This document shows positions 37,776-49,601 of a DNA stretch of 64,000 nt, in pieces. Made by a program: the position numbers and the translations under genes. Source of the stretch: Anolis carolinensis (taxonomy: Eukaryota); NCBI RefSeq assembly GCF_035594765.1, contig NC_085841.1, forward strand, positions 289,301,402 to 289,365,401, given 5' to 3'. The notes under the pieces are model-generated. The model was not told the origin of the DNA. It was given only the letters and a program-made list of their open reading frames with translations, and did no database searches. Each line of letters begins with the position of its first letter. The first letter of the stretch is position 1.

Positions 37776-38101
37776 GGAGCCCCTGGTGGTGCAGTGGATT
37801 AAACCGCTGAGCTGCTGAACTTGCTGATTGAAAGGTCGGCGGTTCGGATCCGGGGAGCGGCGTGAGCTCCTGCTGTTAGTCCCAGCTTCTGCCAACCTAG
37901 CAGTTCAAAAAAATGTAAATGTGAATAGATCAATAGGTACCACTCCAGTGGGAAGGTAACGGCGCTCCATGCAGTCATGTCGACCACATGACCTTGGAGA
38001 TGTTTACGGACAACACCAGCTCTTTGGCTTAGACATGGAGATGAGCACCCACAGCCAGACACGACTAGACTTAATGTCAGGAGAAAATCTTTACCTTTAC
38101 C
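37776..38101 (+). mobile_element. Sauria SINE, full length
   Basis: Collinear with 30026-30354; TSD tcttgcccaaaaa/tcttgaccaaaaa. Confidence 0.95.
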
Positions 38102-40257
38102 TCTTGACCAAAAACTGGCCTAGAATTTCCAAAGCTGCCTTCCAATGTGATGGTTTACTTATCCTAGCTCCAGAACCTCCCCAAAATTGGCTGAAAACGA
38201 GACAGAATGGTGGCCAGGAGTGATGCCCATCCGTGGATTCAGGCATGGAGTACTGGAAGACCAGTTGAAACTGGGCAAAGGCTCTCTTGGTCATAGTAAC
38301 CATTGGAGCCTTCAAGCAGTGCATGGACAAATATATTAAATTCAGTGTGTCAGAGGATGGAAGCTTTTTCCACAGTTAATTGTTGCCCAGTCTTTGATTC
38401 ACTTATCTTTTGTATCTTTGTATGTACATGTGCTTCTCTAATAGAAAATAAACAGTTCTGTATTGCCCAGGTTTCAAAGTAGAGTTTCCAGATCTCATTG
38501 CTTGATACCTCTTTTCCAGTCCTTGGTGAAGGAATGTAAAGGGTGCGAGTGCTCCCTTGAAAATTTGTGTATATGAGCTCCCCGTGACATTACAAGGAGA
38601 TGTCCCCAGATAATAGGTTTGATGCTAAAATCTCAGTGCCTGGGGTGGTTCAGACCTGGCAACACTCTTTCCAATTTGTGCATGGAGGTTCACTACTGCC
38701 TGCACTTGATTGTTGACAATATATATATATATAACCATCAATTTGCACTGTGCTTTCCAAGCCTGCCGTCATGCTTACAATCTAACCAAGACATGAATGA
38801 CACAAAATGAAATGGAACTGATAGTGTGGAGAGGTTAAGTCCAGCAGATATTGCCTCTACTCTCCATCTGAAGCAGTTGGAACGGAAGGAGGACCTTTCA
38901 TCTGCTGTTGGGCCTCATCATGATGGAGCCCAACCTGCTCCTTCGCTCCCTCTGAGGCCAGAACAGTGGCAGTTGGGATGGATGGAGGGCATTTCATCTT
39001 CTGGGCCTATACTTGATGGAACTGTGTCTGCCTCTTCTTCTTTCTCTCTGGGGTCAGGGCAACAGCATTTGAGATGGAAGGGGGGAGCCTCTACTCTGCT
39101 TGTGGGCATAGGCATTCACAAATGTCTAGTTCATCCTGAAAATATGAAACATATTAAGGAATGCATTAAATTAAGGAATGCATGGGGAATGCATGGGGAA
39201 TTTATGAATGGATCCATGTGACCACCCCCCCTGCACAGCCCTTCAGTTGAAATCTTGTTTCACATGGCTAACTTAAGAAAGAGGAAGAAGGAATCATGCA
39301 AAGCTGGTTATTTTCCCTACTGGGTATTTCTTTAATTAAGCCCCCCCCCCCTGCCCTCATTAGGTCATCTCCTATTTTTCTCCAAAGAGCCCTTGTTTTG
39401 CATGGTGATGAAGCATGTTCATGTTTATGCTCAGATTATGCTGCAGTGATCACTTCCTTCCTTTCGCAAATTGTCTTTAGAAATCTTTTCAGTGCCTACA
39501 TAAAAGAATAACCACATAGAATGCCTTTTGCCACAACACTTGCTCCTCTCTGTGGAAAATAAAACATCCTGTCGTCTGAGTCCCCCCTCCCCTTCCCTGT
39601 TTTGGCCTTCTTACAATCCAAATGCATCATCTTGTCTCTTCAGCCTCCTGGATCAATTAAAGGTGGTCCTATTGAGAAGCCATGGCTAAGACAAACCTTT
39701 CTTTATTCATTCTTTTCCTTTTAAGCATCTGTTATCACAAAAAGTTGTGGAAGCTGTCAGGGGATGTCACTGTTTGTTTTTCTTTTTAAAAGGCATTGTG
39801 TTAAGATCAGCAAGTATTTTATTTAGCTGCAGCCAGAAAATGTTTTCGTTTATAATGTGGACACAGTTACATTTCATTTATTTGATGGATTTTATAGGTT
39901 CTCAAAGATAATGGAGTGTCCTTTCATGAGTGTGACGCTCATTCAGATGTGCCCTTTCACCCAAAACCAATACAACGTGCTTCCTGCTTTCCCAGAACAT
40001 TCCTGGTTAGTCAATTGCCCGATCAGCCAGAGTAAAGCTCCCTATCAATTTTCACCTCTCAGAGACTGGCACTGTGATGTTGTTGCTACAATTCTTTAAA
40101 TGGACGGTCACTTTCCTTCCTTTTTAAAAATTACTTTCTATGCCAAGGTCATTGTAAAAACTATTTAGAGCAGGAATGAGCAATGTGTGGGCCTGCCAGA
40201 TGTTAGGGAGTTGGGATTGGTGATTGTATGATGGATCATTTTTGGGCATATTGCAGA

Positions 40258-40392
40258 NNNNNNNNNNNNNNNNNNNNNNNNNNNNNNNNNNNNNNNNNNN
40301 NNNNNNNNNNNNNNNNNNNNNNNNNNNNNNNNNNNNNNNNNNNNNNNNNNNNNNNNNNNNNNNNNNNNNNNNNNNNNNNNNNNNNNNNNNNN
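40258..40392. other. Assembly gap
   Basis: Run of N. Confidence 1.
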
Positions 40393-40619
40393 CCATTTTT
40401 TTTCTGGGTCTGGCAGTTTGGGAGTTTTAGGGGCACAAAAAAACCTGCATGTTGTCTGCAGGCTGCAGTTTTCCAACCCCTATTGCACTACACTTCCCAC
40501 AACCCCTCGTCATTTGTAAGATGGCTACAGCTAATAGGAGCTTCTATCCAGCAATATCTACCCCAATTTGAAAAAGTAGCAACTTTTGGAATAAAAATTC
40601 CACAGCCAGTATAGCCACA

Positions 40620-41208
40620 AGTAACAGCTTTGCATTTAAGTAGGGGGACTGAGATTGATGAGCTGGTTCCTTGGACAATATTAACTTCTCCTGGCTTTAA
40701 CCTTCCTCCTACATTTGGTGACTGTAAAAGAGATAGTGTGGATCATTTTGGGAGGTGTTTTGACATCAGCCAGTGCGCTGCTTTCTAAGATGGCTGGGAG
40801 GGGTAGGCGAAAAGCCTCTCCTCTGCTCCCACCAAGCCTTTAGTGAGGTCATGGCTTGGCACAAGGCACATCATGTGGGTGTCAACAGTTGGCTAGGGGA
40901 CCGCCATCCCATGTCCCCAGGTCATCTGAGTTCAGGAAGTGAAGCTGTCTGTCTGTGGCTAGTTCTACTTAGGAAACCCCCCTGACTGCTTTGACATCCC
41001 GTAACTTGGGGGACAATTGGAATCCTACCTTGGGATTTGGGTTTCTTCTTCAGTTAAGCTGGATCGGCCCCGGGTGGGATCATGTGGGAAAGATTTGTTA
41101 CATTTGTGCAAATCTGGAGAACCCTGGCAGGTCACAAAAAACACACTTTGCTTACTCGAATAAAGTTCTGCCTTCTGAAACCTACTTTTAAGAAGAATTA
41201 ATGTCACA
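40620..41208 (+). mobile_element. Possible solo LTR
   Basis: Starts (a)gtaac, ends tgtcaca, with aataaa about 45 bp before the end. No clean TSD. Confidence 0.35.
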
Positions 41209-41679
41209 ATATGTTGAAGCTATCTATAATTGAGCAGTCAATAATTATTCCAGCATATCATTAGTACTAATTACATCAATTCTTAAAAGTCGCTTTACAA
41301 GCTATGCTTTAAAGTTGGGCTGGATTAACTTTCCTCTTCCCTCTGCATGCTTTTCATCTAGCAATGTCTTTTCATCTCCACCAATGCAAGTCGCAACTAT
41401 ATAGTATGACCTTTTATTCATGGATTCATTATCTATGTTTTCATTTGTCAATGCTCCAAGAAATATCACCCCTGCAAATGTTTGTGAGCCTCTTTAGGAT
41501 TTTTTTTGGTATAATTCTATGATATTCTTCAAGCTAAAGTGTAGGGTTCGCTATTATCCATAGTTTCAGGAATCCATTGAGGTTCTTGGAATATATCCCC
41601 TGCAGATATGGGGTTCATGCTGTATCACATATTAATCATTTGGTAGCTAGCCTTCTAGTAACAATACCCTCTGTATTTT

Positions 41680-41880
41680 TTTTCCATGTCAGGAGCGATT
41701 TGAGAAGCTGCAAGTCACTTCTGGTGTTAGAGAATTGGACGTCTGCAAGGATGTTGCCTAGGGGATGCCCAGATGTTTTACCATCTTGTGGGAGGCTTCT
41801 CTCATGTTCCTGCATGGGGAGCGGTTCAGTGGATCTGAACCACTGACCTTTCACTCAGCAGTCCTGCCAGCACAAGGGGG
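41680..41880 (-). mobile_element. tRNA-derived SINE with Vingi-like 3' tail
   Basis: Reverse complement of the 59373-59605 family; ends cgctcctgacatgg-A-run. Confidence 0.8.
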
Positions 41881-42751
41881 AGCCTCACCCTCTGTAGGTT
41901 ATTCCTCAGATGTATACAATCTTAACTCTGAAATGGTACTGAAATCTTTCCCTGTTTCTGGAGCCTGATAGAGGATAACCTCCAGAAGTTCAGGGCTACC
42001 TATCTACTGCCATGGGGACACAGTAGGATTTTGTGGAGGAATAAATACCAGTATATAGATTTAAAATGCCTGATTCCTCTCTCCCTCCCTCTCACCAGGG
42101 ACCTCTCACCTACATGTTGTATGTCAGGAAGGTGAGGACAGGGTGACTGCTTATTATTTTGAATGGACCCCTTTTGCCTCTGTGGGTCAAAGTCCAAGTA
42201 GCTGATTCTTTGGGGCTCCCCTATGATGAAAACAAATGTTGAGAATGAAGCTAGTGAAACCTATGGCACATCTACATTGAAAGTTGGTGTGACCTAAGAT
42301 CAGCCCCGGAACAGTGAAGCTCCACACAGCTTTCTTCCTGGATACGTTAACTTAGGGAAAAACCTGAATCCCGAGCCAGGAGTTGGGTTGTCCCCAAAGT
42401 TAAGGGTATCAAGACAGTGGGGCCGGTTCCTAACCTTGAGAGCCACTCTATGATCCCCAGGGCCGGCCCTAGGAAATTTTCAAGTGTAAGCAAGCAGTAA
42501 TTTTGGCACCCCCCCCCCCGACAAACCAATCACTGAAAAATAAAAGGTAGAAGGTAGAGGTGACTAGAACACACACACGGCACATATGGTCCCTGCATAT
42601 GTGTTTGTATGTGTGTTTGTATGTATCTTATATATACATACACATACACACAATGTGGAAAATATGTGGCAAGGTAGATAGATAGGTAGGGAGCCACAGC
42701 AGAAGAACCCTCCCTGGAGCAAGGCCTAATAATAATAATATTAATAAATCA

Positions 42752-42972
42752 TCCCAACAAAAGAAGGAAGCAGCCAAGCAACTGAAACATTTATACCTGC
42801 CTCCAACAGACAAGAGTTCTTTCTTTCTCCCATCCTGGACATTCTGCAGATATATAAACCCCACTTAATTAGTTTCCAACCTCTAAGGATGCCTGCCATA
42901 GATGCAGACGAAATGTCAGGAGAGAATGCTTCTGGAACATGGCCATACAGCCCAAAAAGCTCACTGCAACCC
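42752..42972 (+). mobile_element. Penelope pLTR fragment inside the hAT element
   Basis: tcccaacaaa...acaagagttctt...ggatgcctgccatagatgcag...caaccca. Confidence 0.85.
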
Positions 42973-43294
42973 ACTTGTCTTTACTGTATTACACAAATGT
43001 AATGTGCACCTCACTTTTGGAATAGTCATTTAGGCAAAAAAGGTGTGGCTGAGATTGATGTAATATGGTAATTTTGGCCTTCTTACTCTGATAGAAGCTT
43101 CAATAGGGCTACAGTAACTAGGGTTTGGCATTTTAGAGAATATACTCAGCATGATAACTATGGTGCTTATCCTCTGCTGAGCATGAGAATGATGAGCAGA
43201 CATTGTTTTCAACCTCTGACAACTCTGATGGCAAAGCTGGGGTGATTTACTTGAAGTGGGGACAAACTTAGTAGATGTGGGCGAAACGTCAGTA

Positions 43295-43617
43295 CAGTAG
43301 AGTCTCACTTATCCAACATAAACGGGCCGGCAGAACGTTGGATAAGCAAATATGTTGGATAATAAGGAGGCATTAAGGAAAAGCCTATTAAACATCAAAT
43401 TAGGTTATGATTTTACAAATTAAGCATCAAAACATCATGTTATACCACAAATTTGACAGAAAAAGTAGTTCAATACACAGTAATGCTATGTAGTAATTAC
43501 TGTATTTACGAATTTAGCACCAAAATATCACAATGTATTGAAAACATTGACTACAAAAATGTGTTGGATAATCCAGAACGTTGGATAAGCAAGTGTTGGA
43601 TAAGTGAGACTCTACTG
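43295..43617. mobile_element. Tc1/mariner MITE inside the hAT element
   Basis: Same TIRs as 20822-21144; TA TSD. Confidence 0.95.
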
Positions 43618-43619
43618 TA

Positions 43620-44670
43620 TTTTAAAAACTCTAAAATCAGGACAGTAAATAAAGAACACCACTCAGAAAACAAAGGAAACAATCAGGGCCAGCTAACACC
43701 GCCCAACAAAAGATTACCACAGGCAGAAAGCAGCCAGGCTTTGAAGCTGCAAGACTATTTAATGCTAATCAAGGTACCTCAGACAAGAGTTCTTTTGCCC
43801 ACCCTGAACATTCCACAGATATATAAACCCCGTTTGCCTAGTTTCCAAGAGACCTCACAACCACTGAGAGAAGAAGGAGGGAGAGAGGGAGGGAGGAAGA
43901 AGAGGGGGATCCTCAATCAGGGCAAGCTAACACATCCCAACAAAGGATTACCCCAGGCAAAAAGCAGCCAGGCTTTGAAGCTGCAAGGCTATTTAATGCT
44001 AATAACAGTGGCCATTTGCAACATTCACATGTGCCTCAGACAAGAGTTCTTTTCCCCACCCTGAACATTCCACAGATATATAAACCCCACTTGCTTTGTT
44101 TCCAACAGACCTCACAACCACTGAGAGTGCCTGCCATAGATGCAGGCGAAACGTCAGAAGAGAATGCTTCTGGAACATACCTATAAACTCACCAGAGACT
44201 GGGAAAACTGCCAATGAATGTCCATNNNNNNNNNNNNNNNNNNNNNNNNNNNNNNNNNNNNNNNNNNNNNNNNNNNNNNNNNNNNNNNNNNNNNNNNNNN
44301 NNNNNNNNNNNNNNNNNNNNNNNNNNNNNNNNNNNNNNNNNNNNNNNNNNNNNNNNNNNNNNNNNNNNNNNNNNNNNNNCCAGGGGATCCTCAATCAGGG
44401 CAAGCTAACACATCCCAACAAAGGATTACCCCAGGCAAAAAGCAGTCAGGCTTTGAATCTGCAAGGCTATTTAATGCTAATAACGGTGGCCATTTGCAAC
44501 ATTCACATGTGCCTCAGACAAGAGTTCTTTTCCCCACCCTGAACATTCCACAGATATATAAACCCCACTTGCTTTGTTTCCAACAGACCTCACAACCGCT
44601 GAGAGTGCCTGCCATAGATGCAGGCGAAACGTCAGGAGAGAATCTTTCTGGAACATTGCCAGATAGCCCA
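43620..44670 (+). repeat. Three tandem Penelope pLTR units (about 43620-43870, 43905-44185, 44380-44670)
   Basis: Repeated caatcagggc(c/a)agctaacac...cctcacaacc(a/g)ctgagag; units 2 and 3 differ at only a few positions. Confidence 0.9.
44226..44379. other. Assembly gap
   Basis: Run of N. Confidence 1.
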
Positions 44671-45427
44671 TGAGCCGCCATCTTGATTGGGCCAAGCGCG
44701 GGCTAAGGAGGGGGCGGGGCCGAAGGGCACTTCCAAGGCACTCCTTCGGAAGCAGGAGGCGTGGTCTCCTGGGAGGGGTGTGCCCTCTGTGCCCTTAGGC
44801 CCCAGCCCTGCCCCCTCCGCAGCCTCAAAGCCTGGCTGCAAGGCAGAAAGGGAGAGCAGGTAAAAGAGGAAGGAGGGAGGGAAAAGAGGGAGAAGAGGGA
44901 GGGCGCTTTTGGGCGATGGTGCTGTGCGTGCACGTTGGTGCACGCACAGAATTAGGCCTCAACAGCGCCCCCTTCCACGTGCGCCCAAAGCCGTGGCTTC
45001 ATCCGCGTCAACGTTGGACCGGCCCTGATGATCCCTGAGCTCTCTTGTCCTCTCCCAGTGTCATAGCTGGTAACAGCCACAATACACCTATCTACCTTCT
45101 GTTGGGAGGTCTGGTTGCTGTCAACTAAACTGCAGCCTTACTAAGGAGGCTGGGCAGGGGAATGTGGTTGTTGTTGTTGTTGTTGTTGGTTTCCCCCTTC
45201 TTAACTGCCATAGTGAGAGAGAGATAACATCAGCCAGTGCACCCCAAGATTCAGGTCTATGGGTGTGTCATGGCTGCTTCCAGCTGTGACATGAGGGAGA
45301 ACTTTTTGGGTGGCTGCCCAGTGGTGCTGCACTATGTTCAGAACTGTGTCCCCTAACAGGCTGCCAATCAATGCAGCGGTTGGGACACTGAATAGAGCCT
45401 GCTTCAGCTGTCTGTGAAGAACCCCCC

Positions 45428-45459
<32 letters not shown>

Positions 45460-46859
45460 AGTTAACTGAGATTTGATTCTACTGAATTTTGACATACAGC
45501 CACAAGCTATGCAAGCATATTTTGATTCATCAGAATGCTGGACAGTTTACACAAAATCCTTCCAGTATATAACCACAATTTGGAAAATTTCCCTGGTAGG
45601 GCACTTGACCACACAACCATTGTGCCTTTGTCAGCCCCCCTCCCTTCCCCATCACAGCATGTATAACCCCTCCTGAGTTTAAATAGTGTGAAATTTCTTT
45701 TGAACTTCTTCTGTTTATTGGCTTCTTGTTTTGTTCCTCATGCTAGTTTCTTTCTTTTTCCTGAAACAACCTGTGCTGCCTATAGATTCCTCTTTCTCAG
45801 TCTTTTGCTTGCCTTATGTGTTACCATCCTCCTTGATTCTGGCATTGCTGTCCCTTGGCTTTTGTACCTCCCAGGATGCCTTCTCAGTCATCAGCTTTTC
45901 CCTGTAGGAGATTTTCGGCCCAGCCACACTGACAATTCCCGTCCCCCCAAACCCTCAGAGAAATCGGACTTACAAGCTGCTGTGTTCCTTCAGGAAATGA
46001 ACATTCCTTTCCACCACATCATCTCACAGTGAATTGGCATCACAGGCTTCAGTGATATGATTCAATATAGATTTGAATAATATAGGGAAAAATGAACTCT
46101 TTTGAATCTGAGAAAGAGCTACCCTTGCATGGTCTCTCCTTTAAATCCCATCAATGCTGGATTGTTCTCTCAGCACTTTTGTGATCACTTTCATTGCTGC
46201 ATACTAAATAACAGCCATGTGGTCTATGCCCTTCTGGGCACAATGTAACATTGAGATAACTTGGAGCATGCCTATAATCACAAGGTCTTCAAGCAGTTAT
46301 TTACTTGGTCAACATTTCAGATTTTGCCCTTTAAAGATAAAAATCCTTGATTTGGCTTTTAACAGGACTCTCCTAAAAGGTGGTATTGTTTCCATTTAAT
46401 TGTACAGGGAATTGTGGGACCTTAAGTAAATATGCTGAAATGAGATGCCTTTACTTTTCCAGCCTGATCAATGCAGGAAACATGTGATTCTAAGAGATAA
46501 GTATTGGTCATCTGCTGTTTGTTTTTTAAAATACCCTTGTAATAAAGAACCTTATTGCATTTCTGCTGGTCTCTTTTGTGCTTCCCCTGAGTATGTGACT
46601 CAAAAAGTAAGTCAATTATACTGTTTCCTTCTTCTTTAGGTTATTTTTATCAGTCTTTTCATGCTATTTATTGTCAATCAAATTGAGGCAATTTAAACAT
46701 TATTTTAATTATTTCTTATTATATTTGATTACAAAATCTATTGTTACTCTATTCTATGCGCACACTCAAGGGATGTAGGGCAGCATATAAATATTTAGTT
46801 TAAATAATTTGATAACTGGGAAATTATGGATCTATAGTTTATTTAATGTATGTAATAAG

Positions 46860-47092
46860 TCATGGCTGCCTAAATACTCTAAATGCACCCAAACTATTCA
46901 GATCTTGGATGCTAAGTGGCATCAGCTCTGGTTAGAATTTTGATGGGAGATCGCTAATGAATACCATCTGCTGTAGGCTATGTTTCAAAGGAAGGAAAAG
47001 TGAGGAAACCATTTCTGAGTATGCTTTGCTTAAGAAAACCCTTCAAAATTCATGGGGTCTCTCTAAGTAGACATCCAAATTGAAGGCACATA
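46860..47092 (+). mobile_element. 5S rRNA-derived SINE (SINE3) with RTE-like tail
   Basis: gatcttggatgctaag..tggttagaattttgatgggagatcgc..gaatacc..tgctgtaggct aligns to 5S rRNA; tail catggggtc...ttgaaggcaca. Confidence 0.8.
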
Positions 47093-48001
47093 TATATGGG
47101 CACTATGCCATAGTTTATTATCTCTTTCTAGTTGATACTGAACACCAAGATCAGCAACAACCCACATACCCACTGCAAATCGATAGTTACCTAAAATGTA
47201 CTGATTATATTTGAAACAATTATTTATTCAGGAATCTACCTCCTTTTAAAAGGGCTATTGTTTGATGTGAGAATACAATAACCCTAATCTGTTAAAAATT
47301 GCATGTAGCAGAAAAGTCTACAAGATTTATATGGATATCAGAATTAAAGTGACACATGCATAACAGGCTGGCATTCCATGAGTGACATATGCAAGTGCAG
47401 CTCCACCTTATGCTTGTGAGAGTTTTTGTTGTTTTTTCAAAGCTTGGTATTCCCTTTACAATAATATTCCCCTCAGTTGCCATCTAATTGTGATAGCTGA
47501 CCCCAATAACCATTTTCTCACTGGTGGTGGACTGGAAAAATACCTGCTGAGATCTCCACAGAACCATGGGAGACTGTATCAATTGATGTCCTTGGTCTTC
47601 ATCTGGCTCCTCCAGTTGCCTTTGAGGGAACACTACTGCAGCAATGTAGAGAAGGGAGTTGAAGAGAAGGAAGTCAGCGTGGAGTTTTGCAAGCAGGACT
47701 TTCATATTCATGTCCAACAAGGATCTCAGCCACTGACAGTGCCCATTGCAGTCAGGAACCTGACATGCACGATAATTTTGAGGGCAAGGGAAGGACAAAC
47801 TCTCTCTCCCCACATTTAATTCTTATGCCTTCTTTGTAATGCCTGAAGAAAGATTGTGTAATGCATAGCATTCTAGTCATCAGATCTCCTTTCCTTTCAT
47901 TTGTTTGCCTGATTGTCCTATGGTAAATTTGGTGCTCCAGCACTAGTCTTTGCTTGGAAGTTTTCTAATCATACATGTTTCCTAATCCAGCAAAAGAGAT
48001 C

Positions 48002-48120
48002 TTGGTTCTCAATCTGTGGGTCCCCAAGTGTTTTGGCCTACAACTCTTAAGAAATTCCAGCCAGTTTACCAGCTGTTAGGATTTCTGGAAATCGAAGATC
48101 AAAACATCTGGGGACCACTG
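48002..48120. mobile_element. hAT MITE, degenerate
   Basis: tggttctcaatctgtgggtcccc...ggggaccactg; same family as 7335-7469. Confidence 0.8.
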
Positions 48121-48204
48121 GTCTAAGCTCATTCAGTATACTGGTTGAGTGGAACCATCAAAAAGGCTAGCAATTGTATCTGATTATGTCAAATACACAA
48201 TTTA

Positions 48205-48350
48205 GGGCCCTTCGATACAGCCATATAATCCAGAATATCAAGGCAGATAATCCATATTATTTGCTTTGAACTGGACTATCTGAGTCCACACTGCCATATA
48301 ATTCAGCAAAGCTGATAATGTGGATTTTATACAGCTGTGTGGAAGGGGCC
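48205..48350. mobile_element. PIF/Harbinger-type MITE
   Basis: TIRs gggcccttc / gaaggggcc; TTA TSD on both sides. Confidence 0.9.
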
Positions 48351-48391
48351 TTAGTGAAGCCATTTTATTTGAACTTAGTGACTTTATGATT

Positions 48392-48700
48392 ATTTATTCG
48401 CGACATTTATATCCCGCCCTTCTCACCCTGAAGGGGACTCAGGGCGGTTTACAAGTTATATGTACATACAATATATTATATTATTAGCATAGCACAATAT
48501 AAGCATTATATATTACTATATTGTACTATAACACTATATTGCAATATTATTAGTAATATTACATGTAATATAAATATACAATTATAATAATATATTATTA
48601 TATTGTATTACATTATAATATTATTATATGTATTTACAATATATTATATTATTAGTATAGCATAATATGAGTATTATATGTTATTATATCATTATATTGA
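48392..48700 (-). repeat. SINE2/L2 tail fragment followed by an AT-rich low-complexity tract
   Basis: cccgcccttctcaccctgaaggggactcagggcgg is the reverse complement of 15346-15380; then an attat-rich tract. Confidence 0.75.
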
Positions 48701-49464
48701 CACAGGAGACATGGTGGAATAATGTCTTCCTGCCCCCCTTCTTCACTCTGGCCCAGAGTGGCAGTTAGTCCTTGGTAAAGGTACGCAACACACAAAAACA
48801 GATATTTTATAATAATTATCTCCTTCAAACATTTAAGAATGCACATTTAAATATAAAATTCAGGGATAGCTAGGGAATAGCAACTCTCCTGGCAGCAACC
48901 AGTGAACTTTGATCTTGGTGTGGAGGGAAGGAGTCTATTTATCCAGAGGAAGGAAATGAAGTAACAAAACCCTTTTTCCTCCAACATGTTGCTTTCAAAG
49001 AAGTGAGGCATTCCTTCAGCATCTTCAATGCCAAATATCTGTAGAGACTCAATGGGTGAACCTGCCTTTGCATAAAATTCTTTTGCTTGCCAAAAAAAGG
49101 AATCCATTTGATTTTACTGAAAATGTGGTAGATAGTTGTCCCTCACCATTACAGATTTGTAGTGGCATTTTATTCTTTTAACATTTACTAATATTCACCC
49201 ACCATTAATCAAACTAGACTTAGTTCTTCTATTCCACTTTGCTGCAAATAAAATCCATCTAACACAGAGACGCAAACACCAGCCTTCCAAGAACTCTTTT
49301 TCTTGAATAGTTTTTGTTACGCTGAGTTCTGCAAAAACAAGTAGCCTCTACTGTTAAACTGTTTAACATACTGATTGAAAGACATGGTTTCCCAAAGAGA
49401 AAGCAAGCATTTCCACTCCCACCACCCACCTATCTCTTTCCTAGTCATGGGATTGACTCTCATG

Positions 49465-49601
49465 GGGCCCTTCCACACAGCCATATAGCCCAGAATATCA
49501 AGGCAGATAATCCACAATATCTGCTTTGAAATGGCTTATGAGTCCACACTGCCATATAATCTGGTTCAATGTGGATTTTACACAGTTGTGTGGAAGGGGC
49601 C
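49465..49601. mobile_element. PIF/Harbinger-type MITE
   Basis: gggcccttccacacag / ttgtgtggaaggggcc. Confidence 0.85.

Larger units (their letters stand above)
42458..45027 (+). mobile_element. Composite non-autonomous hAT element (about 2.57 kb including a gap) carrying Penelope repeats and a mariner MITE
   Basis: TIRs cagggccgg / ccggccctg; perfect 8-bp TSD atgatccc at 42450-42457 and 45028-45035. Confidence 0.9.

Noticed and set aside
43453-44064. 203-aa ORF
   Set aside because: Chance read-through of MITE and Penelope non-coding repeats.
44670-45027. Host gene promoter CpG island
   Set aside because: It lies inside the TIR/TSD-bounded hAT element, so it is reported as transposon-borne instead.
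45810-46025. Possible two-exon minus-strand coding segment with a 72-nt intron (45902-45973)
   Set aside because: The frames are compatible, but the polypyrimidine tract is poor, the peptide is unrecognised and there is no upstream acceptor.
46860-46980. 5S rRNA gene
   Set aside because: Heavily diverged and fused to a SINE body and tail; it is a SINE3 head, as at 61.5 kb.
47382-47819. 145-aa ORF, and a PWETVSIDVLG motif resembling a Gypsy integrase
   Set aside because: The residues after the motif do not continue the integrase pattern, and I recognise no protein in any frame.
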